The notes under the pieces: model-generated
Database searches by the model: none
Seen by the model: the letters and a program-made list of their open reading frames with translations, nothing else
What the model was told of the DNA's origin: nothing
NCBI GenBank assembly: GCA_951406725.2
Contig: OX597843.1
Coordinates: 19,716,001 to 19,780,000, forward strand
DNA length: 64,000 nucleotides
Direction of reading: 5' to 3'
From: Octopus vulgaris
Lineage: Eukaryota
Made by a program: the position numbers and the translations under genes
Shown: positions 13,200 through 25,831 of the stretch, in pieces
How positions within the stretch are numbered: position 1 is the first letter of the stretch
How the letters are laid out: every line of letters starts with the position of its first letter

Positions 13200-13780
13200 A
13201 TAAAGCTCCTACCCGGGGTTTCCTACGTTTACAAGCTGCATGGCGTCCTCACTTGTGCCATGAGTAAAGGCAAAGAACCCCTTCTTTCATCAATGACCAT
13301 GGGATTGCGCCCAGGAAGTTCCCCTCCGAGGCACCAGTCCGGGCGAGGTTGTTTGTGGAGTCGTTCATGCATATCGGCCTCCCTCCACACCAATGTTATC
13401 CAGGGGAAAGGCAAAAACCGATACAGCTTTGCATCAGTCACCTCGCAACTCATTTCTACAGCTGAGTGAACTTGAGCAACGTAAAATAAAGTGACTTGCT
13501 CAAGAAAACAACACACAGCCCAGTCTGGGAATCGAACTCATTACCTCATGGTTGTGAGACCAACATACTAAAGACTGAGCCATGCGCCTTCAGCACTGCC
13601 AATGGCATGCGAAAGGCATCCAGTCCGCTCTGTAAAGTGGGTGACGTTAGTGGGGGGGGGGCAACAGCCATCCACAGAAATCAAGCCAAAGCTGACACTG
13701 TAGCACAATACAGTCCCTGGGGAGACCGGATTCTGTCAATCAATTCAACTCACGCCAGCATGAAACATGGACGTTAAATG
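13200..13780. mobile_element. SINE / LINE-tail repeat cluster
   Basis: Reverse B-box (ggaatcgaactc, about 13528-13539) and an RTE-type 3' end ggacgttaaatgatgatg followed by (GAT)n. Confidence 0.5.
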
Positions 13781-14196
13781 ATGATGATGATGATGAGGAG
13801 GATGATGATGATCATGAGGATGATATAATATAGGTGAAACTCGCACAAAATTGTTATTTTTTTCTGATGAAGCAAACGATTAGAAAAATAATTTAGTCAG
13901 TTGTAAGTTCTAATTATTAGGTTAGCATTGCAGCTGATTTGTTTAATCTGTATGCTATGTATGTGAGTGTGTGTGAGTGTGTGTGTGTGTGTGTGTGTTG
14001 TGTGTGTGTGTGTGTGTTTGTGTGTGCGTGTGTGTGTTTTATATTTAAAATTGTAAGTTGCATCAGATAATGTGTATACAATAACTAGTTTATACGTCAA
14101 TAAATGAAATTATATTCCAATTCAAATGTATTCCATCAATTCGGGTGTTTATAACAAAATGGTTAACGAGAGAGGAATCATGAGAACATTTGGTAC

Positions 14197-14368
14197 CCGT
14201 GTGATTGCTTCTGTTTCATTAGTTCCGTAGGAAACGCCATAGAAAAGACCATCGAAACTATCCTGATTCACTTTGGCAACACCGATACCAAGATTCGAGT
14301 ATGAAACGTTGACTTGCTGCTCTTCCAGTGGAATTGTTTCTGGCAATATTTTTATAATGTCCAGCATT
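14197..14368 (-). CDS. Adhesion GPCR-like gene, GAIN-A exon
   Basis: Acceptor TTCAG|A (phase 2, completes Arg), donor GTACCA. Encodes MLDIIKILPETIPLEEQQVNVSYSNLGIGVAKVNQDSFDGLFYGVSYGTNETEAITR. Confidence 0.85.
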
Positions 14369-14594
14369 CTGAAGAGAAAATCAAGAAAACGATTTTTAAT
14401 TAACAGTGTGCTTCTAATACGTAATTAGCTATAGGTGTAATTACACTAATTAGCTTAGCTAACAAGGCTTTGTATGCTACTGATGCTTCTACTACTTCCG
14501 TTGTTGCTAGGTTAGCGTTGATGCAGCAAATTCTATTATATGTGCCGCTCCAAATATGGCTGCTGCTACTGCTACTTCTCTTTTTCTCTCTCTT

Positions 14595-14644
14595 TCTTCT
14601 TCTTCTTCTTCTTCTTCTTCTTCTTCTTCTTCTTCTTCTTCTTT

Positions 14645-14689
<45 letters not shown>

Positions 14690-14690
14690 A
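14595..14690. repeat. (CTT)n(CTA)n intronic microsatellite
   Basis: Direct reading. Confidence 0.95.
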
Positions 14691-14713
14691 CAGAAAACAG
14701 ATTTGAATATTAC

Positions 14714-14936
14714 CTGCTGACACTTCTATTAGATAGTTCTGCCTCAGCCAAAACCTTCTCTGGTGTGTTTATCATATTGTTTACGCCACGTATAATTTTC
14801 AGTCTTGTGTCAGCTGATGCGTTCAATGGCACCATTTTCTCGAGAATATCTACAGCCAAGGCAATATCTTGTTGTTTGAAATACACTGATTTCTGCGAAA
14901 CATTCAATACCTCTTTCCAAATATTGGCGATATTCC
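14714..14936 (-). CDS. Adhesion GPCR-like gene, helical GAIN-A exon
   Basis: Acceptor TTGCAG|GG (phase 1), donor AG|GTAATA (phase 2). Encodes NIANIWKEVLNVSQKSVYFKQQDIALAVDILEKMVPLNASADTRLKIIRGVNNMINTPEKVLAEAELSNRSVS. Phases match both neighbours. Confidence 0.85.
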
Positions 14937-15369
14937 CTGCAATGAAACATTTAACATGAAATTTAATGGAATTACAATCGATTTGAGTTCAAACATTAAA
15001 TGCAAATTAAATGTCACAAAACAATTAATGAATCACCGGAAGTTAATTAACGACTCCAGCTTTAAGGAACTGAATGTGTTCAGTTCATCGGTTGTTCAGT
15101 TCATCGTTATACAGTCTTAGGGGCCCCTGCCCTGTAACATTAACTGGAACAGCGGGGCAGTAACGCAACACTAGGGATCCGTTTATAGGTGAGTAAGGCA
15201 GACACTTGACGGTGGTGGAAGGGTGTTTGTACATAATATCACTGACAATCAATGAACTGCGATACACCAACCATCATAAACCGCCATTAATTTCAACGCA
15301 ATTATTTTTCCAATGCCAAGGTGAATCTAAACGAAAAAGGGTCGCTGTTCTAAGGAATAATATTGGCTT

Positions 15370-15560
15370 CAAATTTTATCACAAGGCCAGCAATTGTGGG
15401 GGAGGGTGTAAGTCAGTTACATTGACCCCTAATGCTCGACTCCGAAAGGATGAAAGATAAAGTAAACCTCAGCGGAATTTGAACTCAGAAAGTGAAGACA
15501 GACGAAATGCCGCCGAGCACTTCCTTCACCCGGCCTGCTAACGATTCTGCCACCTCACTT
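15370..15560 (-). mobile_element. Common tRNA-derived SINE (ccgaaaggatgaaag core), decayed
   Basis: Same family as the copies at 22066-22491, 16500-16710, 33460-33670 and 51200-51325. Confidence 0.7.
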
Positions 15561-16115
15561 CCCCAATCTAAAGACTGATATTGAAAGGTTTTCATCAAGA
15601 TTTTTATAAGAAAGTGAAGTCATCAAAGGACTGTGTGCCTATGAAAATATCTTCAATTTTACAGTGCTATAATAACATTTGAGAGAGGTAAATTGCTCAT
15701 ATACTATGATAAACAGCTATGTGGAGAGCGTCATTGTAGATTTATAACCCAACATAATGTATGCGGAGAAGTATGTACCAGTAATTATCTTTGTTGTTTT
15801 TCTACTTCTCTATGTAGTCAGCCCATCGGCAGAAAGTGAAGGGGGGGTAGTTTTAACGATATAAAAATAGACGCAACTCTCCTAATTAATAAATTGTGTC
15901 ATAACGATTCCATAAGTGAATTAATTGATCTGCAATTGGACGAGATGAATATATTGCTGGAGAACTGAAAAGGGAGAATGCGGTGTGCTACCGCTTGAAA
16001 GATAAAATATTAATTAGCAACACACACACACGTATATGGTGGTCGTAAGGAAGGAGAAATGCAAAGACACATACATATACAGTTAAAGTATTTCGAAACA
16101 TAATCACTCGCTTAC

Positions 16116-16285
16116 TTTGATCAATGTCTTGGCTTCTGATGTCTTTTAGTCGTCGAGTGATCCACTCTGTATTGTAACATTGTGACATGTCTGGTTCTTG
16201 CCAGATACCAGTAAATGGTGAACATTTTAGTGATGTCCTAGATTGGCTTGATGCCATTTCTGGATGCTTCACCGTCCTGGAAGAA
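16116..16285 (-). CDS. Adhesion GPCR-like gene, HormR second exon
   Basis: Acceptor TTTTTCAG|T (phase 2, completes Cys), donor A|GTAAGC. Encodes SSRTVKHPEMASSQSRTSLKCSPFTGIWQEPDMSQCYNTEWITRRLKDIRSQDIDQ; W..PD.S.C is the HormR C-terminal motif. Confidence 0.85.
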
Positions 16286-16774
16286 CTGAAAAAATAAATG
16301 TAAAACATTCTCTTTTCATCAATCTCAGAGGAATGAAGAGACCATAGGCCTGGTTGGGATTTGAACTCATAATCTAGTGAAAGAAGAGTAAATAGTGTAA
16401 TGCGTTTTTGTAAGACGTCTATTATTTATTCCAGATTCCGATCCTCAAAATAAATATAAAATGAATTTTCCAACTGGACGAGCTGATGTTTTGTTAAATA
16501 TTGCTTTCAAATGTTGGCACAAGACCAACCATCTTGGAGGAGAGGCTAAGTCTATTGCACCTACCCCAATGCTCAAAAGGGGCATATTTTATCGATTCCT
16601 AAGGATGAAAGGCAAAGTTCACCTCGACGGAATTTAATACCAGAACATAAAGACAGACGAAGCGCTGCTAAATATTTCGCCTGACGAGTTAACGATTCTG
16701 CCGGTTTGCCTTCAATCTTTGTCTAATATTGGCAACAAATCAAATCTTGGAAGTTAGACCAAAGCAAAATTGTG

Positions 16775-18760
16775 TCACATAATATATAAAACACTTACAA
16801 AACACATNNNNNNNNNNNNNNNNNNNNNNNNNNNNNNNNNNNNNNNNNNNNNNNNNNNNNNNNNNNNNNNNNNNNNNNNNNNNNNNNNNNNNNNNNNNNN
16901 NNNNNNNATAAAACACATAATATATAAAACACATAATATATAAAACACATAATATATAAAACACATAATATATAAAATACATACATATATAAAACACATA
17001 ATATATAAAACACATAATATATAAAACACATAATATATAAAACACATAATATATAAAACACATAATATATAAAACACATAATACATAAAATACATAATAC
17101 ATAAAACACATAATATATAAAACACATAATATATAAAACACATAATATAAAACACATAATATATAAAACACATAATATATAAAACACATAATATATAAAA
17201 CACATATATATATATAAAACACATAATATATAAAACACATAATATATAAAACACATAATATATAAAACACATAATATATAAAACACATAATATATAAAAC
17301 ACATAATACATAAAATACATAATACATAAAACACATAATATATAAAACACATAATATATAAAACACATAATATATAAAACACATAATATATAAAACACAT
17401 AATACATAAAACACATAATATTAATATATAAAACACATAATATATAAAACACATAATATATAAAACACATAATATATAAAACACATAATATATAAAACAC
17501 ATAATATATAAAACACATAATACATAAAATACATAATACATAAAACACATAATATATAAAACACATAATATATATAAAACACATAATACATAAAACACAT
17601 AATATATAAAACACATAATATATAAAACACATAATATATAAAACACATAATATATATAAACACATAATATATAAAACACATAATATATAAAACACATAAT
17701 ATATAAAACACATAATATATATAAACACATAATATATAAAACACATAATACATAAAACACATAATAATACATAAAACACATAATATATAAAACACATAAT
17801 ATATAAAACACATAATATATAAAACACATAATATATAAAACACATAATATATAAAACACATAATATATAAAACACATAATATATAAAACACATAATATAA
17901 AACACAAAATATAAAACACATAATATATAAAACACATAATATATAAAACACATAATATATAAAACACATAATATATAAAACACATAATATATAAAACACA
18001 TAATATATAAAACATAATAATAAAACACATAATACATAAAACACATAATATATAAAACACATAATATATAAAACACATAATACATAAAATACATAATACA
18101 TAAAACACATAATATATAAAACACATAATATATAAAACACATAATATATAAAACACATAATATATAAAACACATAATATATAAAATACATAATACATAAA
18201 ACACATAATATATAAAACACATAATATATAAAACACATAATATATAAAACACATAATATATAAAACACATAATATATAAAACACATAATATATAAAACAC
18301 ATAATATATAAAACACATAATACATAAAATACATAATATATAAAACACATAATATATAAAACACATAATACATAAAACACATAATATATAAAACACATAA
18401 TATATAAAACACATAATATATAAAACACATAATATATAAAACACATAATATATAAAACACATAATATATAAAACACATAATATATAAAACACATAATATA
18501 TAAAACACATAATATATAAAACACATAATATATAAAACACATAATACATACATAATACATAAAACACATAATATATAAAACATAATACATAAAACACACA
18601 TAATATATAAAACACATAATATATAAAACACATAATATATAAACACATAATATATAAAACACATAATATATAAAACACATAATATATAAAACACATAATA
18701 TATAAAACACATAATATATAAAACACATAATATATAAAACACATAATATATAAAACATAA
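16775..18760. repeat. 14-bp minisatellite (ATATAAAACACATA)n spanning an assembly gap
   Basis: About 2 kb of near-perfect 14-mers with ATAC/AATAC variants. Source of the spurious 450-655 aa ORFs. Confidence 0.97.
16808..16907. other. 100-N scaffold gap
   Basis: Run of exactly 100 N. Confidence 1.
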
Positions 18761-18922
18761 AATGTAAGCTTGTCGTGAAAAGTGATTTCAACCGAAGTAC
18801 ATTAATCTCGTCATCTTAATCTCTCTTGGCGTTTTATTTCCTCTACCATGTAACATTCTCTCATAATAGGATGACACAGAAAACTACAGATTCTGAGAAG
18901 AAATGAAACAATAGAAACGAAC

Positions 18923-19034
18923 CAGAGTCTCGTTGCTACATTTGCATGGCCTGGAATCGTCGCATTGCTTCCTATTTTCGTCACTGGCCAATGGAAAATA
19001 CCATTATTCGAGGTTGTGTCTTCATTACAAGACC
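18923..19034 (-). CDS. Adhesion GPCR-like gene, HormR first exon
   Basis: Acceptor TTTTCCAG|GG, donor TG|GTTCGT. Encodes SCNEDTTSNNGIFHWPVTKIGSNATIPGHANVATRLC, matching the HormR pattern C...WP.T..G....P(C)...ATR.C. Not in the ORF track in this frame. Confidence 0.85.
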
Positions 19035-19068
19035 CTGGAAAAGAAGCAAAACATGTATATGATAAAAG

Positions 19069-19111
<43 letters not shown>

Positions 19112-19161
19112 CAGCAGCAGCAGCAACAGTAGTAGTAGTAGTAATAGTAGTGGTGGTGGTG

Positions 19162-19202
<41 letters not shown>

Positions 19203-19325
19203 GGTGGTGGTAGTAGTAGTAGTAGTAGCAGCAGCAGCAGCAGCAGTAGCAGTAGTAGTAGTAATAGTAGCAGTAGTAGCAGCAGCAGCAACAAAAGCAG
19301 TAGTAGTAGTAGTAGTTGCTGTTGT
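19069..19325. repeat. (GTA)n/(GCA)n/(GTG)n compound trinucleotide repeat
   Basis: Direct reading; intronic. Confidence 0.95.
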
Positions 19326-20490
19326 AAATAAATAGTTTGGACGTACTGGCTGAGTTGAGGGCAATGATTCATGAATCGTTATCAGTATATCTGGGGAGAC
19401 ATACTCTTGTGCTAACAGGAATCTGATCATTTTGTTAGAACAGACATTTTCTAATTATTAACTAGTCTCCTTGAGGCAAGCCAAGCGTGACCTCAACATT
19501 GAACTATTAATCAATTCCCTCGAAAATACCTCACCATCAACCTTCCATGATATTTCAAGAAAGAAAGATTTACTTCCTTAGTGAGATAAGTACAAAGCAT
19601 GGACATGTAAGGCAGTGACATAGAGGCAGTCCTTAAAAAAGAAGGGTTCTGATTAAAGAAGGATGAGCCGGCAAGGTGTGGGGTGCCATTTCGTGTCGGA
19701 AATAAACTATACATCATCAAGGGTCCTCTTGAATACTTGGTATGACAGGTTGTCGCAAATAGTTCGAGAACCAGGGACCAGTCACAAACCATAATAAAAG
19801 AATAGTCCACTTAATCCATTTCACGACATGACACACCATTCTGTAACTCCTCTAAATCCCGGCCAATGCTCCGAGCTTTGGACTGAATCAGGATTTATAG
19901 AAGCAGTGAAAACATGTGTCAGCCGGAAGTCGCCCCTCGTCCTCTAAGTGTTAGTGAACGTAGTTGACCGCTGAGGCAAAGTTGGGAATAGCGCATACCG
20001 ATACGCATATTCATATGAACATTTAATGTGGTTTTAGAGTCAAGTTTTGGCTGCTATTTCCAGCGTGGTAACAGGTTTTCCATGATTTTACAGAGTTTTC
20101 GTAAAATGTGTACAACAAAGCGTCTCTTACACCTCTGTCGATTTGTGAATTTCTCCACGTCTATTATTTTAAAAATTCCTCCGAGTGAAAAAAACAAAAC
20201 TTTTTGTTTTCATCGTCATCCGCGTGAATCGTTTATATCTTCGTCGCCTCTCTTTTAAATTTTTATCCTCCTCTGCACTTTTACGACGCGATTTTATGTG
20301 TGTCGTATTTTTTGTCCACTTTGTTATGTTGTTAATGGCACTGTTATTATTTACATTATTTACATTTGACGGATATTTGTCCTTATCTTGTTTGTTGTTA
20401 ACACAACGTTTCGGTTGATAAACTTTTCAGACTTCATGAGGTGTTTTGCGGAATTTGGAACCTGGCTTCTCATTCCTAAGGTATTTTTCA

Positions 20491-20562
20491 ATGCCTGGAA
20501 TCGAACTCAGAATGTTGGCGTTAGTAGCCCGCGCTCTTAACCACTACACCATATGCCCGTGG
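20491..20562 (-). mobile_element. tRNA-derived SINE head
   Basis: A box TGGTGTAGTGG and B box GAGTTCGATTCC, but no complete acceptor stem. Confidence 0.6.
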
Positions 20563-21018
20563 CAGAATCATAGTGGCACTGTCATGTTCTTATCGCTACT
20601 TTTATATTGTGGCGGTTTCCGCCTCATCTATCTTTGACTTGTCTATTGTGCTATGGTCGATAGCTCCGCAAGACAATGACTTGTAACGTCTACCTTGACG
20701 GTGACTCGAACTCCTATATATCAGTTAACTGACACTGACTCCAACTCGTACAATGACTCTTCTACTACCGAAAACGACAGTCACACGACTGTCTTTATAG
20801 TGTTTGCGTCATACCACTTGTCAAGTGGGAAGGTGCGTACCATTTTAATTACATCCTCCCCACACATATATATTGATTAATATATACACCATGGCGCAGT
20901 GTAGTATCACAATATAAAAAAAGTTAGTCATCACTAAGTCACTAAGAGCGAATAAGAGTGCCGAAATCACCTACATTGCTAGAAAAAAAGTTAAGAAACT
21001 CGTAATGTTGTAAAGAAA

Positions 21019-21091
<73 letters not shown>

Positions 21092-21122
21092 ATCAAAATA
21101 AGCAGCAGGATATCCAGATGTG

Positions 21123-21210
21123 ATGCATTACGACCGTTTCAAATGGCTCCATTTAATTGAACAATGCAATCATTACATCAATTTAAATGCAGAGCTATCC
21201 TCAGCTGCAT
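21123..21210 (-). ncRNA. Hammerhead-like motif (degenerate) in a (TA)n-adjacent element
   Basis: ATGCAG-CTGAGGA-TAGCTC...GAGCCATTT-GAAAC-GGTC-GTA-ATGCAT. A paralogous decayed copy is at about 27445-27532. Confidence 0.55.
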
Positions 21211-22065
21211 AAATAAGTAAATAGAAATTTTTAATCAGTCGGACACATTTGTATAATTTTACTTAAATCCTCTAATAGGGCAAGAAGACAGACAAAATCC
21301 ATGCTGTTTTCACTTCAGCTCAAAAGTTTCTAAGGCATCAGGAAAAAAATTTTGTTTGGGTTGTAGCTTGTCACTGATTTCGATTCTGTTTTAATTTATT
21401 AGTCTTGTTTATCGAAGATTAGAGAATAGTGTCTGTTAGGAATGGGTATGAGGGAGTTGACAGAATCATAGTGCGTAGAGTCATAAAACTTGTCATGATT
21501 ATTTTGAAGTAACTGGCTATAATGAGGTTGGGTAGTGGAAGACCTCAAATCAAGATGTTAATTGCCAGTTAAAGGGGCAAGACGCTAATAAAACCAATGA
21601 TAATAATACAGAGGAAATTTTATCATGAGGTGCGATAGGTGATTGGCTTAAACAATATTGTTATGTTGTATAAAGGTAAAATTTTATAACCAAAAAGATA
21701 AATTTCGAATAATTTTGAATATTTACCAAAATTTTCAAGAATTGAGAGAGAAAATTTTTACATAGAATTAGTTTAATATTCATTCATATACTTCATTTTT
21801 TTTACTTATTAGATAGTATGTATAAAGACTAATCACTGGCATTTACTAAAGGATTACTGGGGCAATAGAACATGCTAACTATATATTAATTATAATCTAA
21901 GAGGTATAGCAACCGGTGCTATTATATACAAGCTAATATAAATTTCTAGGGTACAAAATTCAGGAGGTTTACTTACATAAAGGCTGTTATAAAAATAATA
22001 TGATCAGTAGAACACCATAGAAAGGAATAAATAGTTTAATCATTAAAACCATGATAAAGTATGTA

Positions 22066-22491
22066 TACCTATTTCTTTACTACCCACAAGGGGCTAAACA
22101 CAGAGAGGACAAACAAGGACAGACAAACGGATTAAATCGATTATTTCGGCAACAGTGCATAACTAGTACTTATTTAATCGACCCCGAAAGGATGAAACGG
22201 AAAGTCGACGTCGGCGGAATTTGAACTCAAAACGTAGCGGCAGACGAAATACCTATTTTTTTACTACCCACAAAGGGCTAAACACAGAGAAGACAAACAA
22301 GGAAAGGACAGACAAACGGATTAAGTCGATTATATCGATCCCAGTGCATAACTGGTACTTAATTTATCGACCCCGAAAGGATGAAAGGCAAAGTCGACCT
22401 CGGCGGAATTTGAACTCAGAACGTAACGGCAGACGAAATACTGCTACGCATTTCGCCCGGCGTGCTAACGTTTCTGCCAGCTCGCCGCCCT
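22066..22491 (-). mobile_element. Young SINE with internally duplicated 3' half
   Basis: Minus strand GGCGGCGAGCTGGCAGAAACGTTAGC...GAGTTCAAATTCC. A ~190-bp segment is repeated twice; flanked by the direct repeat atgataa(a)gtatgtatacc (putative TSD). Confidence 0.85.
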
Positions 22492-22799
22492 AACAATGAT
22501 AAGTATGTATACCATATTATCAACAATAGAAAGAGAAGATTCTATAGAATTCGTTTAATAATACTAACATTATACTTTATTATTTACTTATTAGGTGGTA
22601 TCTATAAAGACTGATCACTGGTATTTTCTAAAGGAATATTGGGGCGATAGAACATGCTAATTCTATATTAATTATAAGCTAAGAGGTGTAAAATAAATTG
22701 TAAAGCTGGCAGTGCTAATACATACATGGTAATATAGTTTGCTGGGAGTAGATAAATAGGAGGACTACTTACATAAAGGCCTTTATAAAAATAATAATA

Positions 22800-23906
22800 T
22801 TGGGTTGGCCAAAAAGTCCGTTGGGTCTTTTTTTTTAGGTGAAAATCAAAACAAAAATAAACAATTGTGAAAAACGTATTTAATCAATACAATAGATACC
22901 ATTTGCTTCTATAACCTTTCGCCACCTGTTGGGTAGATCTTTAATCCCCTGTTCGAAGAATTTAGGTTCTTTATTAGCAAAAAAGTTTCCAACAAAGTTT
23001 TCACGTCTTCATCAGAATTAAACTTTTTGCCATTCAACGATCTGGAGAGTATGGAGGGTGAGACAAAACTTCCCACTCAAGCTGCAGCAACTTCTGCCGA
23101 GTAATCAAAGCAGTGTGTGACCTTGCGTTGTCATGGTGGAAAACAATGCCTTTGCGATTCACCAGTTCTGGCCGTTTTTGGTGAAGAGCCGTGTTTAATT
23201 TATTCAGTTGTTCACAATAAACCTCTGATGGTTTTATTCAAGGGAAGAAGTTAAAAAAAGATAACACCCGTCCAATCCCACCATATCGATAACAGAAATT
23301 TCTTTGGGTGAAGACCTGCTTTGGGTCTACCCACTTTTCATCTCCAATAACAATTCTACTCAAAGGGGTTCATTGTTTTCCCTTTTTAGTAATGAATCGC
23401 AAATGGAAACCCTCTGGACAAGATTTGCTTCTGTCAATTTATGGGGAACCCAAACGTCAAGTTTAGAAACGGAACCAAGTTTATGCAATTTATTTTCCAC
23501 ACTTGTTTTGGATATGGTAAGAATATCTGCGATTTGTCTGGTTGTAAGACTGCAGTCTTGTTTGACTCCAGCTCTCAGTTGGTCGATGTCAATTTCTTTT
23601 CGCCGGCCAGCGCGAGGTGCATCTCTTACTGAAAAATTCCCTGATCGAAATCAAGCAAACCATTTCTGGCACACCCGTTCTGGAACAGCATTCTCTCCAT
23701 ACACATTGCATAACTTTCGGCAAGTTTCTGTTGCTTTCTTTCCTTTTCTGAAGTAGAAAAAAGCATAAGATGCCGATAGTGCTCCGCCCGGTCTTCCATG
23801 TCTCGGCTCAAATGTAATCAAACAAGTTGCAATCTCTCTCCTTTGAGGCTTGTTACATACTGAGGTAAAATAATATCGCAACGAACGGACTTTTTGGCCA
23901 ACCCAA
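22800..23906 (-). mobile_element. Internally deleted mariner transposon with both TIRs and TA target duplication
   Basis: TIR ttgggttggccaaaaagtccgtt (22800-22822) and its reverse complement (23884-23906), TA on both sides. Transposase remnants HYRHLMLF..RKGKKATETCRKLCNVYGENAVPERVCQKWFA and FHHDNARSH. Confidence 0.93.
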
Positions 23907-24181
23907 TATGATCAGAAGGGTGGAACAGTATAGAAATAAATAAATAGTTTAATTACTAAAACCATGGTGACTAACTAGTCAGGAATATTCAGAGGATAGT
24001 ATACTAACTCCATATAGTACACTAACTTACTATACTATACACATTATATTATATGCAATGTACTTTAATTCATCGTGTAACTGAATATCAACCGATATAT
24101 ATATATAGAGAGAGATAGATAGATAGATATAGATATGTATGTATGTATGTATGTATTTATGTATGTATGTATGTATGTATG

Positions 24182-24243
<62 letters not shown>

Positions 24244-24247
<4 letters not shown>

Positions 24248-24851
24248 ATAAAAGGCAGATTTTATCTGCCTCCCTTTGTCTCTTATAGAAATCTACAATA
24301 TAAGATTTCTTCAATTCCAATTTACCTAGCATTTTTAAGAGTAGAATGCATCGGGTCGTGCCAGGTACAGTTTTTAAAATTTCAACCCCAATTAAGCAAA
24401 ATTTCGAGAAAACTCACTTTGTGGTGTGTAAGTGAAATGTTTTTCTTAGTGTGGGCTAGAGCACACGCACACGCACACACACACACAAACGGAGTGAACT
24501 GCCTCACTAATGCTATCACCCTAATTTCTACTACTTTCTCTTTGCAAGTCTACCTTACAACACTACTCAAAAAAAGCAGCAAACTGAAACAAATAAATAC
24601 ATAACGATTTACTCCTCACACAATTTCTTCAATTAGACTTTACCTATGATTTTTCAAAGAACTTCCATTGGGTCATGCCATACAAAATTTCTTTCAATTT
24701 CACCCCCAATTAAGACAAAATTCGAGAAAACTCAATATTTTAACATTTCACTTTGATGCCTTTATTCTGCCTATTACTCCCACTTCCTCTTTAGACACAT
24801 AGACACGCTAATATATACGACAGTGTCAATTGTTGACAGACATTGTAAGCT

Positions 24852-24909
<58 letters not shown>

Positions 24910-25831
24910 TGTGTGTGAGGGTGCGTGTGTGTGTGTGTGTGTGTGACAGGGATGACCCATTCAGACTGGTCATCCTTTTTGCTAGAAGATCACCTATGCT
25001 ACACCACTGGTTTTCAGTTCATATTAATCAAATTAATATTCACAAGAAGAAGGACTATTCATTATAATACATCAGTTCCATCGGACAACTGCACAAACAT
25101 TTGCCCTTTTACACATGTATGTAAACAAATTCCTTTCTTAAGAATTTCAATTCATTTTCTTTTTCAATTCATACAAAGTTATTTACGACGAATATAAGAT
25201 CTAAAGTATATCCAAGTAACAGAAAGATCGCCCAAAAGTGTATATAGATATTTAAATGTATTTATATATTCATCTATACACACATGTATGCATAATGTGT
25301 GTGTATATATTTCCATAGAGGTAACCATTCACTCCGCACAAAGTTTTTTAGGACGAAAATAACATCTAAAGTTATCTCTAAGTAGCAGTTGCCCAAAAGT
25401 GTATATAGACACACACATGTATGTATAATGTGTGTGTATATATTTCCATAGAGGTAACCATTCACTCCATACAAAGTTATTTAGGACGAATAGGACGAAT
25501 ATAAGATCTAAAGTATATCCAAGTAGGAGAAAGATCGCCCAAAAGTGTATATAGATATTTAAATGTATTTATATATTCATCTATACACACATGTATGTAT
25601 AATGTGTGTGTATATATTTCCATAAAAGTAACCATTCACTCCGCACAAAGTTTTTAGGACGAAAATAACATCTAAAGTTATCTCTAAGAAGCAGAAAGAT
25701 CGCCCAAATGTGTATATAGATATTTAAATGTATTTATATATTCATCTATACACACATGTATGTATAATGTGTGTGTATATATTTCCATAGAGGTAACCAT
25801 TCACTCCATACAAAGTTTTTTAGGACGAAAA
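24244..25831 (+). mobile_element. Probable Helitron-associated segment with internal tandem repeat
   Basis: Starts tataaaagg like the adjacent Helitrons and directly abuts the Helitron at 25832; no coding signal. Confidence 0.35.
25170..25831. repeat. Tandem repeat, ~4 units of 140-166 bp
   Basis: gcccaaaagtgtatataga...ccatagaggtaaccattcactcc...caaagtt..ttaggacgaa recurs four times. Confidence 0.9.

Noticed and set aside
16740-18791. 224-655 aa ORFs
   Set aside because: Translations of a 14-bp minisatellite that lacks stop codons on the minus strand.
19330-19990. Possible Penelope RT relic (VFKRTLDDV), also 8830-9200 and 2230-2690
   Set aside because: Similarity too weak to call by eye.
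23441-23881. SETMAR-like host gene
   Set aside because: No SET domain; lies inside TIRs with a TA TSD; disrupted.
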